The translations under genes and the position numbers were made by a program. 64,000 nt of DNA from a virus. The DNA lies in the IMG/VR virus record IMGVR_UViG_3300046616_000314, positions 286,616 to 350,615 of that record. The stretch is one strand, 5' to 3'. Below the pieces are notes generated by a model. The model had not been told where the DNA came from. It saw nothing but the letters and a program-made list of their open reading frames with translations, and searched no databases. Positions 1-9,016 of this stretch are shown here, one piece after another (the first letter of the stretch is position 1; each line of letters begins with the position of its first letter).

Positions 1-56
1 GTCGGTATGCTGTCGCCAGCCTTCCCCGCTGGGTTCCGCAATACCAAGAAATTCCG

Positions 57-506
57 ATGCTCTGGAACAACATCGCCACGGCGAAACGCAAGTGGTCGAT
101 TCACGAAACCGAACGCCAGTGTGGTATCGCTGTTCCAGAGTTGGAAATCGTCACCTTCGAAATGAAGACGGTTGAGACGGGCGTTCAGGTTCCCGACGTA
201 GACCCCATTACCGTTCGCGTGACCCGCCTGCATCGGTTTGTGGGATCGGCGGTTGGTACCGCGTTTGAACGCCTAGTGGACTCTCGCATTGATGGCATGG
301 AATTTAATTATGCAGTCAAGCGTCGCGGCAAAACCAAAGACCTCATCGACGGTAGACTGTCGGATTCATTCTCATTTAGCACCGTAACCTTCATCAAAAC
401 CGAAGAAGATTTGATGCACGCCAAGTTGCTTCTGGGTTCGAACTTTGCTACAGCTTATGATCTGAACAACATCAAGGTCGGGGATAATGACGGAGAAGAA
501 GAGTAA
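57..506 (+). CDS. hypothetical protein
   Basis: 149 aa ORF with mixed composition and no recognisable motif; it co-orients with the downstream genes. Confidence 0.4.
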   Translation: MLWNNIATAKRKWSIHETERQCGIAVPELEIVTFEMKTVETGVQVPDVDPITVRVTRLHRFVGSAVGTAFERLVDSRIDGMEFNYAVKRRGKTKDLIDGRLSDSFSFSTVTFIKTEEDLMHAKLLLGSNFATAYDLNNIKVGDNDGEEE

Positions 507-725
507 GCCGCTGGGTCTGCACAAAGAACGCGAGCTAGCTAAACATTTGAGAAAACAATTGGCTTCGATTCCAAAGATGCCGATGGCTGTCACCGAAATG
601 ACGCCGAATGAATACGCACTCTTCGAATCACTAGCTAAAGTGATCGGCACGCTTCAATTCGTTTCCGATTATATTGATCCCGTCACTCGGGAATCACGCC
701 GTTTGGTTGAACATTCAAAGATTAC

Positions 726-754
726 TTGACAATACTCTGGGTCATGCTAAATTA
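726..754 (+). promoter_or_regulatory. sigma70-like promoter candidate (TTGACA, 16-17 nt spacer, TAAATT) upstream of the 760 ORF
   Basis: TTGACA at 726-731 with an A/T-rich -10-like hexamer; it sits very close to the ATG, so this is weak. Confidence 0.2.
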
Positions 755-759
755 TAAAC

Positions 760-1098
760 ATGACCCAGAACCCTTATGACCGCAATAATTTCCCCGGCAA
801 GTTCAAGACCAATTATATTGGTTTTGCTGACGGATTTTATTGCCTGCGTCTGAGCATGGATGCTGGTGAAGGTCTCGACGCCCTCATGTGGCAGATGGAA
901 GTCAGCGAATGGCTTTTCAACACGCTGGGCGGCAAGTGGCACATGGGGAACGATTTCCCCTACAAGGACCATCCGCAAATCAACCTGTCGGCTTGGTCGA
1001 AGAACGACTATTTCGTTCTGATCGAAAAATTTCATGAAGTCGTGCTGTTCGAAGATGCGTTCGTCGTCTCGGGTATTACCCCGTCGCAGTTGGTCTAA
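760..1098 (+). CDS. hypothetical protein
   Basis: 112 aa ORF; its stop overlaps the next start (ATGG). Confidence 0.4.
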   Translation: MTQNPYDRNNFPGKFKTNYIGFADGFYCLRLSMDAGEGLDALMWQMEVSEWLFNTLGGKWHMGNDFPYKDHPQINLSAWSKNDYFVLIEKFHEVVLFEDAFVVSGITPSQLV

Positions 1099-1385
1099 TG
1101 GCATATTGGCACGGTAAAGGCTATCGAATGACTTCGCACGATGAGCGGAAGTTGCTGCTTCAGCAATATCCGTTTGAGGGGTCGTGCCTACGGAAGAGTA
1201 AGGAAAATGATCTTCATTTCCTGGCGGGAACCGATCTTCTCGCCATCGTAGATTATTTGTCAGACCAAATGCCAAAAACAACGGAAGCAACTTGGACTTA
1301 TGACAAACTCAAGGATTGTCTGCGGTTCTCTACTGCTAAATTTCGTGACGAAACCGAGACCATCTTTAAATTGAAATTTGGTTGA
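1098..1385 (+). CDS. small protein of the C-terminal F[KR]LK[WFY] motif family
   Basis: Ends ...DETETIFKLKFG; it shares the acidic-then-FKLK[WF]G C-terminus with at least 15 other ORFs in the window. Confidence 0.45.
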   Translation: MAYWHGKGYRMTSHDERKLLLQQYPFEGSCLRKSKENDLHFLAGTDLLAIVDYLSDQMPKTTEATWTYDKLKDCLRFSTAKFRDETETIFKLKFG

Positions 1386-1405
1386 TCGTTTGATACAGTA
1401 GCTCA

Positions 1406-1735
1406 ATGAGCTACGAAATATCCGTTGACGACATTTACGACATGATTGGTGAAATCGAAGTCGAAGAACGGATGAAAGTCGGCTCCAATAAGGAAGCCTA
1501 TCGCGGCGTTTCTCATACCTTGATTGCCGCCATGCTGGCAGAGCGCAAGAGTATCAAGTTATCCCCTGAAGAAATAGCCGGATACGTAGCACTAGTTCAG
1601 TTGTCTATTCAGACGCTTTGGGAACACGGAAAACTGTTTCTTATTCGTCACAACTATCATCATCCTACGAATTATTATTCGTGCTATCCTACTGCAAAAT
1701 TTAAAGAAATATTTCGAAACTCCGATGGAACGTAA
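1406..1735 (+). CDS. hypothetical protein
   Basis: 109 aa ORF. Confidence 0.4.
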   Translation: MSYEISVDDIYDMIGEIEVEERMKVGSNKEAYRGVSHTLIAAMLAERKSIKLSPEEIAGYVALVQLSIQTLWEHGKLFLIRHNYHHPTNYYSCYPTAKFKEIFRNSDGT

Positions 1736-2024
1736 TCGTTTAGCCGTTATCATTCACGAACAAGTCTATGACCTTGAGGTTGCCGCGCGACTGATCGGTA
1801 AAGGCTACGACGGTGCCTCCAAGGAAGAAATTTACCAAGCAACGGTTAACGCTTGCGAAACGCAAAAAGCTGGTCGGTTCAACTCTATGGAATTCGATTT
1901 GGTGTTTAGAAAAATGTGTCGTTGCGATGATAGTCTTGCGCGCAACCTACATTATATGCTATCTACACGGGGACAGACTTTTTCGACCTTGGACCCAACC
2001 GAATTTACAAAGACCTTCAGATGA
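1725..2024 (+). CDS. hypothetical protein
   Basis: 99 aa ORF; overlaps its neighbours by a few nt in operon style. Confidence 0.4.
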   Translation: MERNRLAVIIHEQVYDLEVAARLIGKGYDGASKEEIYQATVNACETQKAGRFNSMEFDLVFRKMCRCDDSLARNLHYMLSTRGQTFSTLDPTEFTKTFR

Positions 2025-2821
2025 CCAATGAGATTGACGATAGCAAGCCCGATGAGCCGCACCCCACGATGGGTCCTGGCTGGTTCATCCGTTTTCCGAA
2101 GGATTGGAAGACCAAGCACGTCGATCTTCGGACCTATTATCTGATCGAGGATCAGCCCTGGTTCACCAAAGCTCCGACCACGATTTGTGATCTTCTAGGC
2201 TTCAAGATCGAACCGGGTAAGTTGAACAACCTGTTGTCGTTCGCCAATAGCGAACTGTCGTTCTGGTATTTCCTGACCTATGTCATTGGTGAACACGCCG
2301 ATGATGCAGAGACCACCAACGAAATCATCAACTTTATTCTTGGTTCCCTGGCGGGAGCCCTGAAGAACCCGCCGGGTGGGACGGGTATCGCTCTGGAATT
2401 CAAGGACATCAACAAGGTGATCCATGTCGGCGCCATTCGTGAGTACGCGAATGCGATTGCGCTGGGTATGGTCCCCAAGAGCATTCGCAAGGCTCTGGAC
2501 ATTCTGTTGATCACGGAATTCAACGCCACGCATTCGGTCACGGTTAGTCACACCGTTTCGGCTGAAGAAGCCACGCGCATCGTCCTATACGAAATGATCG
2601 CTGAGTTGACGGAAGAAATTCTGGCGCAACCGTCTGGTGAATCTATCGTGCCGATGTTCCTGAAGGTGCTTGAGGATAACCCCAAACAAGCTGATTTGCT
2701 GCGCGCTGAACCCGACAACCAAAAGCTGATCGGCTGGGCGATGGGTCAAATCATGCGCGCGAGCGTCGTGAAGCTTGATCCGAACTTTGTTCGTGGTGTG
2801 ATTATCGAGCAACTGAAGTGA
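2021..2821 (+). CDS. protein with C-terminal GatB/YqeY-like domain
   Basis: The C-terminus ...KLIGWAMGQIMRASVVKLDPNFVRGVIIEQLK resembles the GatB C-terminal/YqeY domain (pattern ...IGFLVGQVMKA..G.ANP..V.ELLKK.L). Confidence 0.5.
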   Translation: MTNEIDDSKPDEPHPTMGPGWFIRFPKDWKTKHVDLRTYYLIEDQPWFTKAPTTICDLLGFKIEPGKLNNLLSFANSELSFWYFLTYVIGEHADDAETTNEIINFILGSLAGALKNPPGGTGIALEFKDINKVIHVGAIREYANAIALGMVPKSIRKALDILLITEFNATHSVTVSHTVSAEEATRIVLYEMIAELTEEILAQPSGESIVPMFLKVLEDNPKQADLLRAEPDNQKLIGWAMGQIMRASVVKLDPNFVRGVIIEQLK

Positions 2822-2990
2822 GCATCTTCACCGACACGATCTCGGACGAGAGTACCGTAACGTATTTCGAACGTTTCTGGGATCGCGCCCGTGCTGTAGT
2901 GTGGTTCACTTTCCTAAGTCTAACGGTCCCGGTTGTCACCGTGTACCCGTGGTTCTTGGGAATGCGAGAAATATTGCATAAGGTTTTCGG

Positions 2991-3260
2991 ATGACCGAAA
3001 AACTTCAGGAGTATTATACGCCTGCTGCCATGCAAATTCTTCTGAAATATCCCGTGCCACATTGGCTGGTTCTGCGCGCGTTAGTCAACGAGCATCTTTC
3101 TCGCACGGATGCTTCGATGGTGGGAACCCCTGACATCGATATTAGTTCATTGATAATCTGCGTTCGACGCGGTATTAAACTAAGCGAATTCCTCAAATAC
3201 CTCGAAAAGGTATTTGGTGAATATTTTAGTGCTTATGAGGATGATCGCGCTGTTCTTTAA
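2991..3260 (+). CDS. hypothetical protein
   Basis: 89 aa ORF. Confidence 0.3.
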   Translation: MTEKLQEYYTPAAMQILLKYPVPHWLVLRALVNEHLSRTDASMVGTPDIDISSLIICVRRGIKLSEFLKYLEKVFGEYFSAYEDDRAVL

Positions 3261-3750
3261 CAGCCGACGCAATGCTACCGCTATGGAAACCTAGAACCTT
3301 GATGGTTCGGTTCAGGTGCTTACAGCAAACGCCCTTTAGATGGGGGTTGCGAATATGCGGGAAGCGGACTTCGGGAATAATCGCCGATTCCGCCTGAGTC
3401 ATGATGTACTGATAGCCCCAGTATTTGTAAGCTGGGCACGGGCAGTGAACCCGAATATTACCTGCCCATAGCAGCAAACGCGCTGCTTCTGGTGCGGTGA
3501 TGTTTTCATCATCGACTTGCTCATACCATTCGGGGAACTGAATGTAGGTATTCCAGCCGTTGTATTTGTTGGGAACGAAGAACTTCATAACGTTGTTCTT
3601 GATAGCAACAAATTTGACGTAAGGGATTAGTGGCGAATAGTCTTTGTGAGGCATCCAATTAGGATCAACCTGTTGCAGAAGAACCTTATAGGTTTCTTCG
3701 TCAAGCACGGGTGGGTGCTCATCACTAAAATATCGCTTCAAGTCCATCAT
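3226..3750 (-). CDS. hypothetical protein with SWIM-like CxC...CxH zinc finger
   Basis: HCPCPAYKYWG...GVCCKHL matches the CxCxnCxH (SWIM-type) pattern. Confidence 0.4.
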   Translation of the reverse strand: MMDLKRYFSDEHPPVLDEETYKVLLQQVDPNWMPHKDYSPLIPYVKFVAIKNNVMKFFVPNKYNGWNTYIQFPEWYEQVDDENITAPEAARLLLWAGNIRVHCPCPAYKYWGYQYIMTQAESAIIPEVRFPHIRNPHLKGVCCKHLNRTIKVLGFHSGSIASAVKEQRDHPHKH

Positions 3751-3795
3751 TTATTTATCTCTTGAAATTTTCGTAATCCGTGCTATATTCGAGGG

Positions 3796-4722
3796 ATGTA
3801 TGACGCGGCATTCACACGAGCGGGAAACGACCCTTGGGTTCTAGATTATGAACCTAACAAGGGACCGCGTTACCGTATCAAAGTCCGCCTCTGCGAATCT
3901 CAAAATTATCGTTGCTGCATCTGTGGCAACCACATTGAAGCTATGGCTTTCAATGGTGATCCCAAACAATGCGCTCTGGCATCCATTGATCGCACCAAGC
4001 CGACCAACTACAAAAACGAAGTGGTGGTTTGTCAGTCGTGCGCGGGTCCGATGTCAGGCTATACGCATCTGTTGGATTACTACAATGCTGTTCACTCGGG
4101 TCAAATTGTGAACGGTAAGAAAGTTAAGGCGGAAAAGGTTCGTGTGGTTCATACCGAAACCATACCTCTGATTAAGCAATTACTTGCTGAGCAAGGATAT
4201 TCTAGCGTAAAGGTTCCGGTCGATTATCAGTATGCTCCCCCGACAACCGCGCCGAAGATAGCGAAATTTTTGAGTGCTGCCGAGAAACGTCAAGAAAATA
4301 AAAAAAGCAAGCATCGCCCGCCGCCCTGGTTCCGCTGGCGCGATGAGAAAAAACGCGAGTTGATGGAATGCCAAAATCACAAATGCTGCTATTGCGGCTC
4401 TGTGATGACGGTTGAGTTTTTGCGTCACCCTCGTTACGCGACGTGGGAACACGTCATTGAATTGTCTAAGGGTGGTACGTGGGACTTAGACAATCTTGTG
4501 ATTGCCTGTTCGGTTTGTAATCATCTTCGTTCGGCTATGAAGCTGGACGCTTATGAATTTTACGAATGGGCAAAGGATCACCTTGCTGAAATCGAAGAAC
4601 GGGTACGCAATCGTTTCGTCCGTGCGCGGAATTATAATAGACCGCCCATTGTGGAAGAACGAAAAACAAGATCGTTCATGAAGGGCGCATCACAGTGGAA
4701 GGGTCCGATTTATGGGCGGTAG
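3796..4722 (+). CDS. tandem HNH endonuclease-domain protein
   Basis: C-terminal canonical HNH: CCYCG...ATWEHVIELSKGGTWDLDNLVIACSVCNH. N-terminal HNH-like module: CCICGNHIEAMAF...ASIDRTKP...CQSCAG. Confidence 0.6.
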   Translation: MYDAAFTRAGNDPWVLDYEPNKGPRYRIKVRLCESQNYRCCICGNHIEAMAFNGDPKQCALASIDRTKPTNYKNEVVVCQSCAGPMSGYTHLLDYYNAVHSGQIVNGKKVKAEKVRVVHTETIPLIKQLLAEQGYSSVKVPVDYQYAPPTTAPKIAKFLSAAEKRQENKKSKHRPPPWFRWRDEKKRELMECQNHKCCYCGSVMTVEFLRHPRYATWEHVIELSKGGTWDLDNLVIACSVCNHLRSAMKLDAYEFYEWAKDHLAEIEERVRNRFVRARNYNRPPIVEERKTRSFMKGASQWKGPIYGR

Positions 4723-5383
4723 CATCAACGTAACTGTTCGCAAGACGGACGGTCAAATTTTCAATCTCGATTCGTACACCAATTCGATGCCCTATTGGTT
4801 ACGGAATATCAGAATCTACAACTGTGACGATACTCACTTGGAAGAGTACATCGAGGAACATCGTCCAACTGCACAACTTATTCCGACTGGAACTGCCCCT
4901 AGTGGCTATGGTTTGGTCCTCGTTGACTATATGACCAAGACGTTTCTGTCGATGCAGGGATATTGCGGTTTCGATGAATTTTCTACTATCGAACTGACCG
5001 GGCGGCACGAACGTAAAGAAAATTTCTTAGAATTTCTCGACGCTGGGCTCATCGAAGTTCAGATGCTTGAAGTCAATAAATCGAACAATCATTACGAGAA
5101 AACTGGTAGGATCACTGGCTTTGACAACATCAAGGCTTTGCTAGATTCGCCAAAGTCTAGATTTGAATTCGACAGTGGCACGAAAGATGCCCCGTATTAC
5201 AACTATGAAATCAACTGGTCGCCCAAGTGGACATACTGGGATTCCGAATCATCCCTAAGTACCTCAATTGAACTTTACAGAAAAGTCAAAGACCTGGGCT
5301 TTGATTTGGACATCAATGGCTGGCGCGAATGGTTCGAAGAGAACGGACGTTTTGTGTTGGATAAGCCTACGGAAGCATTCTAG
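4712..5383 (+). CDS. hypothetical protein
   Basis: 223 aa ORF. Confidence 0.45.
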   Translation: MGGSINVTVRKTDGQIFNLDSYTNSMPYWLRNIRIYNCDDTHLEEYIEEHRPTAQLIPTGTAPSGYGLVLVDYMTKTFLSMQGYCGFDEFSTIELTGRHERKENFLEFLDAGLIEVQMLEVNKSNNHYEKTGRITGFDNIKALLDSPKSRFEFDSGTKDAPYYNYEINWSPKWTYWDSESSLSTSIELYRKVKDLGFDLDINGWREWFEENGRFVLDKPTEAF

Positions 5384-5592
5384 TGGGTTGGGGTCGCTAT
5401 TATCGCCAAAAAGTGCATTTTTACGTTGAGCACGTCACAAAGGCTGGGGTCGTCCCGGCTCTGGCTTGTGGCAAACCCAATCGGACTAAGACACGATACA
5501 GTGGTACCGCGCCGCTAGTGACTTGTGGCAATTGTCAACGAATGCAATCGCACATTGAAGCGATGGTGTTTGACAAACTGAGCCAGCAATGA
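5383..5592 (+). CDS. small zinc-ribbon protein (CxxC...HIEAMVF family), paralog 1
   Basis: ACGK...TCGNCQRMQSHIEAMVF; the motif is shared with the two following ORFs and with the N-terminal half of the 3796 HNH protein. Confidence 0.45.
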   Translation: MGWGRYYRQKVHFYVEHVTKAGVVPALACGKPNRTKTRYSGTAPLVTCGNCQRMQSHIEAMVFDKLSQQ

Positions 5593-5801
5593 AACGTCAT
5601 TTCAAAATCTATCGACTAATGACGAGTGCAGCGGCATGTATCGATGAAGGCATTGCGGCGTGTGGAAATAAGGGCGGTCCATTCGGTGATACGACGTGGC
5701 TTCAGTTATTTGGAAACCCCGAAGCAGTTACTTGCTTGCATTGCAAGAAAACGCAAGCACACATAGAAGCAATGGTTCTAGTTAAGTTAAAACGAAAATG
5801 A
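5589..5801 (+). CDS. small zinc-ribbon protein (CxxC...HIEAMVL), paralog 2
   Basis: ACGNK...TCLHCKKTQAHIEAMVL. Confidence 0.45.
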   Translation: MKRHFKIYRLMTSAAACIDEGIAACGNKGGPFGDTTWLQLFGNPEAVTCLHCKKTQAHIEAMVLVKLKRK

Positions 5802-5989
5802 AATACCGGTCGCGCCGATATCATTTACAGCATCCGAAACATCAATTTGTCGCGGTCTGTGGAAAAAATACTTTAGATTCCGATCTGTTAATGTCGGACT
5901 ACCCGTCAGACGTTGAATGTAAAGCGTGTAAGCGAACAACGCATTTCGCTGAACAATCGATTTTTTGGAAGATTAAAGAATCGTCTTGA
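5798..5989 (+). CDS. small zinc-ribbon protein, paralog 3 (degenerate)
   Basis: VCGKN...ECKACKRTTHFAEQSIF; same architecture with a diverged motif. Confidence 0.4.
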   Translation: MKYRSRRYHLQHPKHQFVAVCGKNTLDSDLLMSDYPSDVECKACKRTTHFAEQSIFWKIKESS

Positions 5990-6024
5990 CGCCATATACC
6001 ATATTGGGCTATAAATAGTTCAGT

Positions 6025-6297
6025 ATGAAAAATGAAAAATTGATGGTAGAAAATTCGTTCTACCAAGCGTGCGCCGACCTTCTAGGGGTCTCGTACGATT
6101 ATTCGCCCTATCCGTTCTCGCGTCGTACGCGCTGGAATAATCGCGCCCCTGGCAACGGTCGTTTCCCCGACCACGGGCTCATCCGTATGCACGGACCCAA
6201 TCTCATCAATGTTAGTTTGAAGAATCCCCGTATGTCGGGGTTCTATTACAGCGTTGAATCTGCCTTAGACGCTATCAAGAAAGCACTGAAAAAGTGA
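6025..6297 (+). CDS. hypothetical protein
   Basis: 90 aa ORF preceded by TATAAATA at 6010-6017. Confidence 0.4.
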   Translation: MKNEKLMVENSFYQACADLLGVSYDYSPYPFSRRTRWNNRAPGNGRFPDHGLIRMHGPNLINVSLKNPRMSGFYYSVESALDAIKKALKK

Positions 6298-6581
6298 TCA
6301 ACTCTCAAGAAGATATCGAACAAGATCGCAAAGAAATCGCCTTTGCCCTGGCTGAAGCTGGTGTGAACGTTGCGGCTTTTGAGCCCGGTACGTTTGGCTA
6401 TCATGAGATTGTTAATACATCCTCGTTGATCTTGGATTTGATCGCTACTCTGCTAGAACATCCTGCTACCGCAAACGATCCCGAAGCCTTCCGTATGGTC
6501 CATAAAGCTCATGGTGCTTTGTTTGAAGCCTATACTTATATGGGCGAAAAACATTTGCCGGAAAATCCAGAGCGCGACTAA
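6294..6581 (+). CDS. hypothetical protein
   Basis: 95 aa ORF. Confidence 0.4.
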   Translation: MINSQEDIEQDRKEIAFALAEAGVNVAAFEPGTFGYHEIVNTSSLILDLIATLLEHPATANDPEAFRMVHKAHGALFEAYTYMGEKHLPENPERD

Positions 6582-6589
6582 ATACTGTC

Positions 6590-6919
6590 ATGCGCGAATT
6601 GATGGATATTTTGGGTGACGTACAGGCTGACAACGCATACGATGCGGTCGCCACCATCTTGCGTAAGGTGTTTGGTAAGCCGTACAATCCTGAAATGATG
6701 CGATATAACGGCGGGGGTTCGGCAGTTAGTCAAACAATTTGGGGCAATCATGGATTGACCTATCGGTTGGAACGCCTAGGTTTTGTGCGTGGCGCCGGTG
6801 AACCGGCTACAGACGGTGATTATTCACTGAGTGTATTCCGTCATCCTGACGGAACATCCGTCAAGATTTGGCATCGTTCCTATGGCACACGTTTCAGTGT
6901 TTTGCTCACACACAATTAA
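6590..6919 (+). CDS. hypothetical protein
   Basis: 109 aa ORF. Confidence 0.4.
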   Translation: MRELMDILGDVQADNAYDAVATILRKVFGKPYNPEMMRYNGGGSAVSQTIWGNHGLTYRLERLGFVRGAGEPATDGDYSLSVFRHPDGTSVKIWHRSYGTRFSVLLTHN

Positions 6920-6962
6920 CACCATAAATACACTAATAGCCTAATTCTAGGAGTGTATTTTC

Positions 6963-8162
6963 ATGCGACAGTGGATTAACATAGTCGAACACCGGGAACC
7001 CATCAACGAACTATTTGATGATTCGCCATCGTTGACCGCTATTCCTGACGCTGAACTTCCGCATTCGGGGCTCCCGCAATTACCCAGTGTGCCGACACTT
7101 AAGGCTTATAAATTTAAGGTAGGGTCGGAACGCTATGCGGTCTGGTTCATAAAACATTCCGATGCCGTGGAATGTCTATTTGCTAAATTCGTCCCGGCTC
7201 CGAACGGCACACAAACCATTTCATTTGAGCTAACACCGTCAGCAAGTGCCGTACAGGTGTTCTCCGCTGTCATGGTAGCCATCAACACGTTCTGTTCGAC
7301 GGTTAGACCTGAAACGATTGTATTCCCTGGTTGGAATGCAAGACAGAGCAATTTCTATAAGCGTCTAGCTCGTTATGCCGACAAGACCGGTGTCTTGTCG
7401 AATGCGTATGAACTGTACACGCATGAACTTGACGGCAAAGAAATAACTGCGATCCGAAAGAAAGTTACGCCCAAGGCTTTCGAAGACATCAGCGAAGATG
7501 TCTCGCCTGGGTTTAAGGCATGGTTCGGGGATAGCAAGGTGGTTGACGAACACGGCAACCCTCTAAAAGTTTATCACGGCACGAATCAGCCGCTCACTAA
7601 ATTTTCTAAAGATCGTGGCGGTGCCGCCACTGGTCCTCGCCACGGCGCGGCGCATGGTTTCTTCTTTACAAAATCGCCAGTTGTTGCATCAATGTATGCG
7701 GTTCATGCTGGCACTACGAATATTGCGGGTATGGAAGACCACGAACAAAAATCAGCACAATATCAAAAAGAAATTGCTGCTGCTGAGCGCAAAGGTGATT
7801 GGGATCGCTACGAACAACTCATGAGCGATTACGAAGATCACGAAATCAATGCAACTCGGGAAGACCCAATTCACGGTCAAAACGTAATTCCGGCGTATCT
7901 GTCTTTACAGCATCCTAAAATTTTAAATTATCAAGGTGGAAGTGGTGGTACATTTAGTGTTCATGGCGATTTGGATGTGGTTATTGATCAAGCCAAAGCC
8001 GAAGGCTACGATGGTTTGATTATGCTCAATGTCGATGATACTCCTAGCGATTCCGTCGTTACGGATCACTACGTTGCATTTAGCCCGAAGCAAATCAAAT
8101 CGGTGTTCAACGGAAGCTTCAATCCGAACAGCGATCACATTAGCGAGACTTCACGAAAATAA
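6963..8162 (+). CDS. hypothetical protein; possible H-Y-[EDQ]-class ADP-ribosyltransferase fold (ART-like)
   Basis: KVYHGTNQP...GFFFTKSPVVASMYAV...VVTDHYVAFSPKQIK resembles the HGT / aromatic-Y / [ED]Y-hydrophobic triad of PARP/DT-like ARTs (compare PARP YNEYIVY). The GGAGG RBS is well spaced. Confidence 0.35.
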   Translation: MRQWINIVEHREPINELFDDSPSLTAIPDAELPHSGLPQLPSVPTLKAYKFKVGSERYAVWFIKHSDAVECLFAKFVPAPNGTQTISFELTPSASAVQVFSAVMVAINTFCSTVRPETIVFPGWNARQSNFYKRLARYADKTGVLSNAYELYTHELDGKEITAIRKKVTPKAFEDISEDVSPGFKAWFGDSKVVDEHGNPLKVYHGTNQPLTKFSKDRGGAATGPRHGAAHGFFFTKSPVVASMYAVHAGTTNIAGMEDHEQKSAQYQKEIAAAERKGDWDRYEQLMSDYEDHEINATREDPIHGQNVIPAYLSLQHPKILNYQGGSGGTFSVHGDLDVVIDQAKAEGYDGLIMLNVDDTPSDSVVTDHYVAFSPKQIKSVFNGSFNPNSDHISETSRK

Positions 8163-8222
8163 TTGCACCGCTTTGGTTTTTGTGCGATGATACCTTGTCT
8201 TTTAGATGAGGAAACAATTTCC

Positions 8223-8942
8223 ATGACGACAACCGTGTCTGCCTCGCAGACTGAAACCTACGATGTTGGTCTGCGCGCTTTCATGACCGGCGTCTACAAT
8301 CGCATGTTCGGTGCCATCGCCCTCACCGGCATTCTTGCCTATCTTGCGAGCATCGAGCCCCTGAAGTCGCTGTTCTTCACGCTCAATGACAAGGGTCAAC
8401 TGACCTATACCCTGTTGGGTATCGTCGTCGCCTTCGCACCGCTGGGCATCATCCTGGCTCAAGGCTTCCTGAAGTCCGTGAGCGGCAAGTTCGTTCTCTG
8501 GTCCGTCTCGGCACTGTTCGGGTTGAGCCTGGGTTCGATCTTCCTGAAATATACCGGCGGGTCCATCGCTTCGACGTTCTTCGCCACGGCGGCGGCGTTC
8601 GGCGGTCTGAGCCTGTGGGGTTACACCACCAAGCGCAATCTGAGCGGTTGGGGTAGCTTCCTTCTGGTCGCCCTTATCGGGCTGATCGTGGTGTCGCTGA
8701 TCAACGTGTTCCTGCTGCATTCGAGCGGCTTGGACTTGATCGTGTCGGGTGCCGGGGTTCTGATCTTCGCGGGCTTCATCGCCTACGATACGCAGACGAC
8801 CAAGAACTTCTACTCGGAGTCCCTGTCGTCGTCGGAACTGGGTGACGTGCAAGATTCGGCTGCACTGAACCTCTATCTCGACTTCATCAACCTGTTCCTG
8901 TACCTGCTGCGCTTCATGGGCGTCGGCAAGTCCAGCGACTAA
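8223..8942 (+). CDS. Bax inhibitor-1/YccA family (TMBIM) membrane protein
   Basis: Seven predicted hydrophobic helices. The C-terminus YDTQTT..NFY...AALNLYLDFINLFLYLLRFMG matches the YccA/BI-1 signature (E. coli YccA ...[33 protein letters not shown]). Start chosen at the MTTTVS codon behind a GAGGAAAC RBS. Confidence 0.7.
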   Translation: MTTTVSASQTETYDVGLRAFMTGVYNRMFGAIALTGILAYLASIEPLKSLFFTLNDKGQLTYTLLGIVVAFAPLGIILAQGFLKSVSGKFVLWSVSALFGLSLGSIFLKYTGGSIASTFFATAAAFGGLSLWGYTTKRNLSGWGSFLLVALIGLIVVSLINVFLLHSSGLDLIVSGAGVLIFAGFIAYDTQTTKNFYSESLSSSELGDVQDSAALNLYLDFINLFLYLLRFMGVGKSSD

Positions 8943-8963
8943 CGGTTGACGTTAGTCACAAAG

Positions 8964-8998
8964 AGCCGGGCGTCTGAAAAGGCTCCCGGCTTTTTCTT
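8964..8998 (+). terminator. rho-independent terminator
   Basis: GAGCCGGGcgtctgaaaaggCTCCCGGCTTTTTCTTT hairpin followed by a T-tract. Confidence 0.6.
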
Positions 8999-9016
8999 TG
9001 TCAAAATGAGTGCGCT

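Noticed and set aside
3752-3759. GATAAATA-like box (minus strand) immediately adjacent to the start codon of the 3226-3750 gene
   Set aside because: It lies only 2 nt from the ATG, too close to serve as a late promoter for that gene; probably a coincidental A/T-rich RBS region.
8202-8852. 216 aa minus-strand ORF opposite the BI-1/YccA gene
   Set aside because: R/Q/E/D-rich antisense artefact of a GC-skewed membrane-protein gene; the plus-strand product has a clear family signature.
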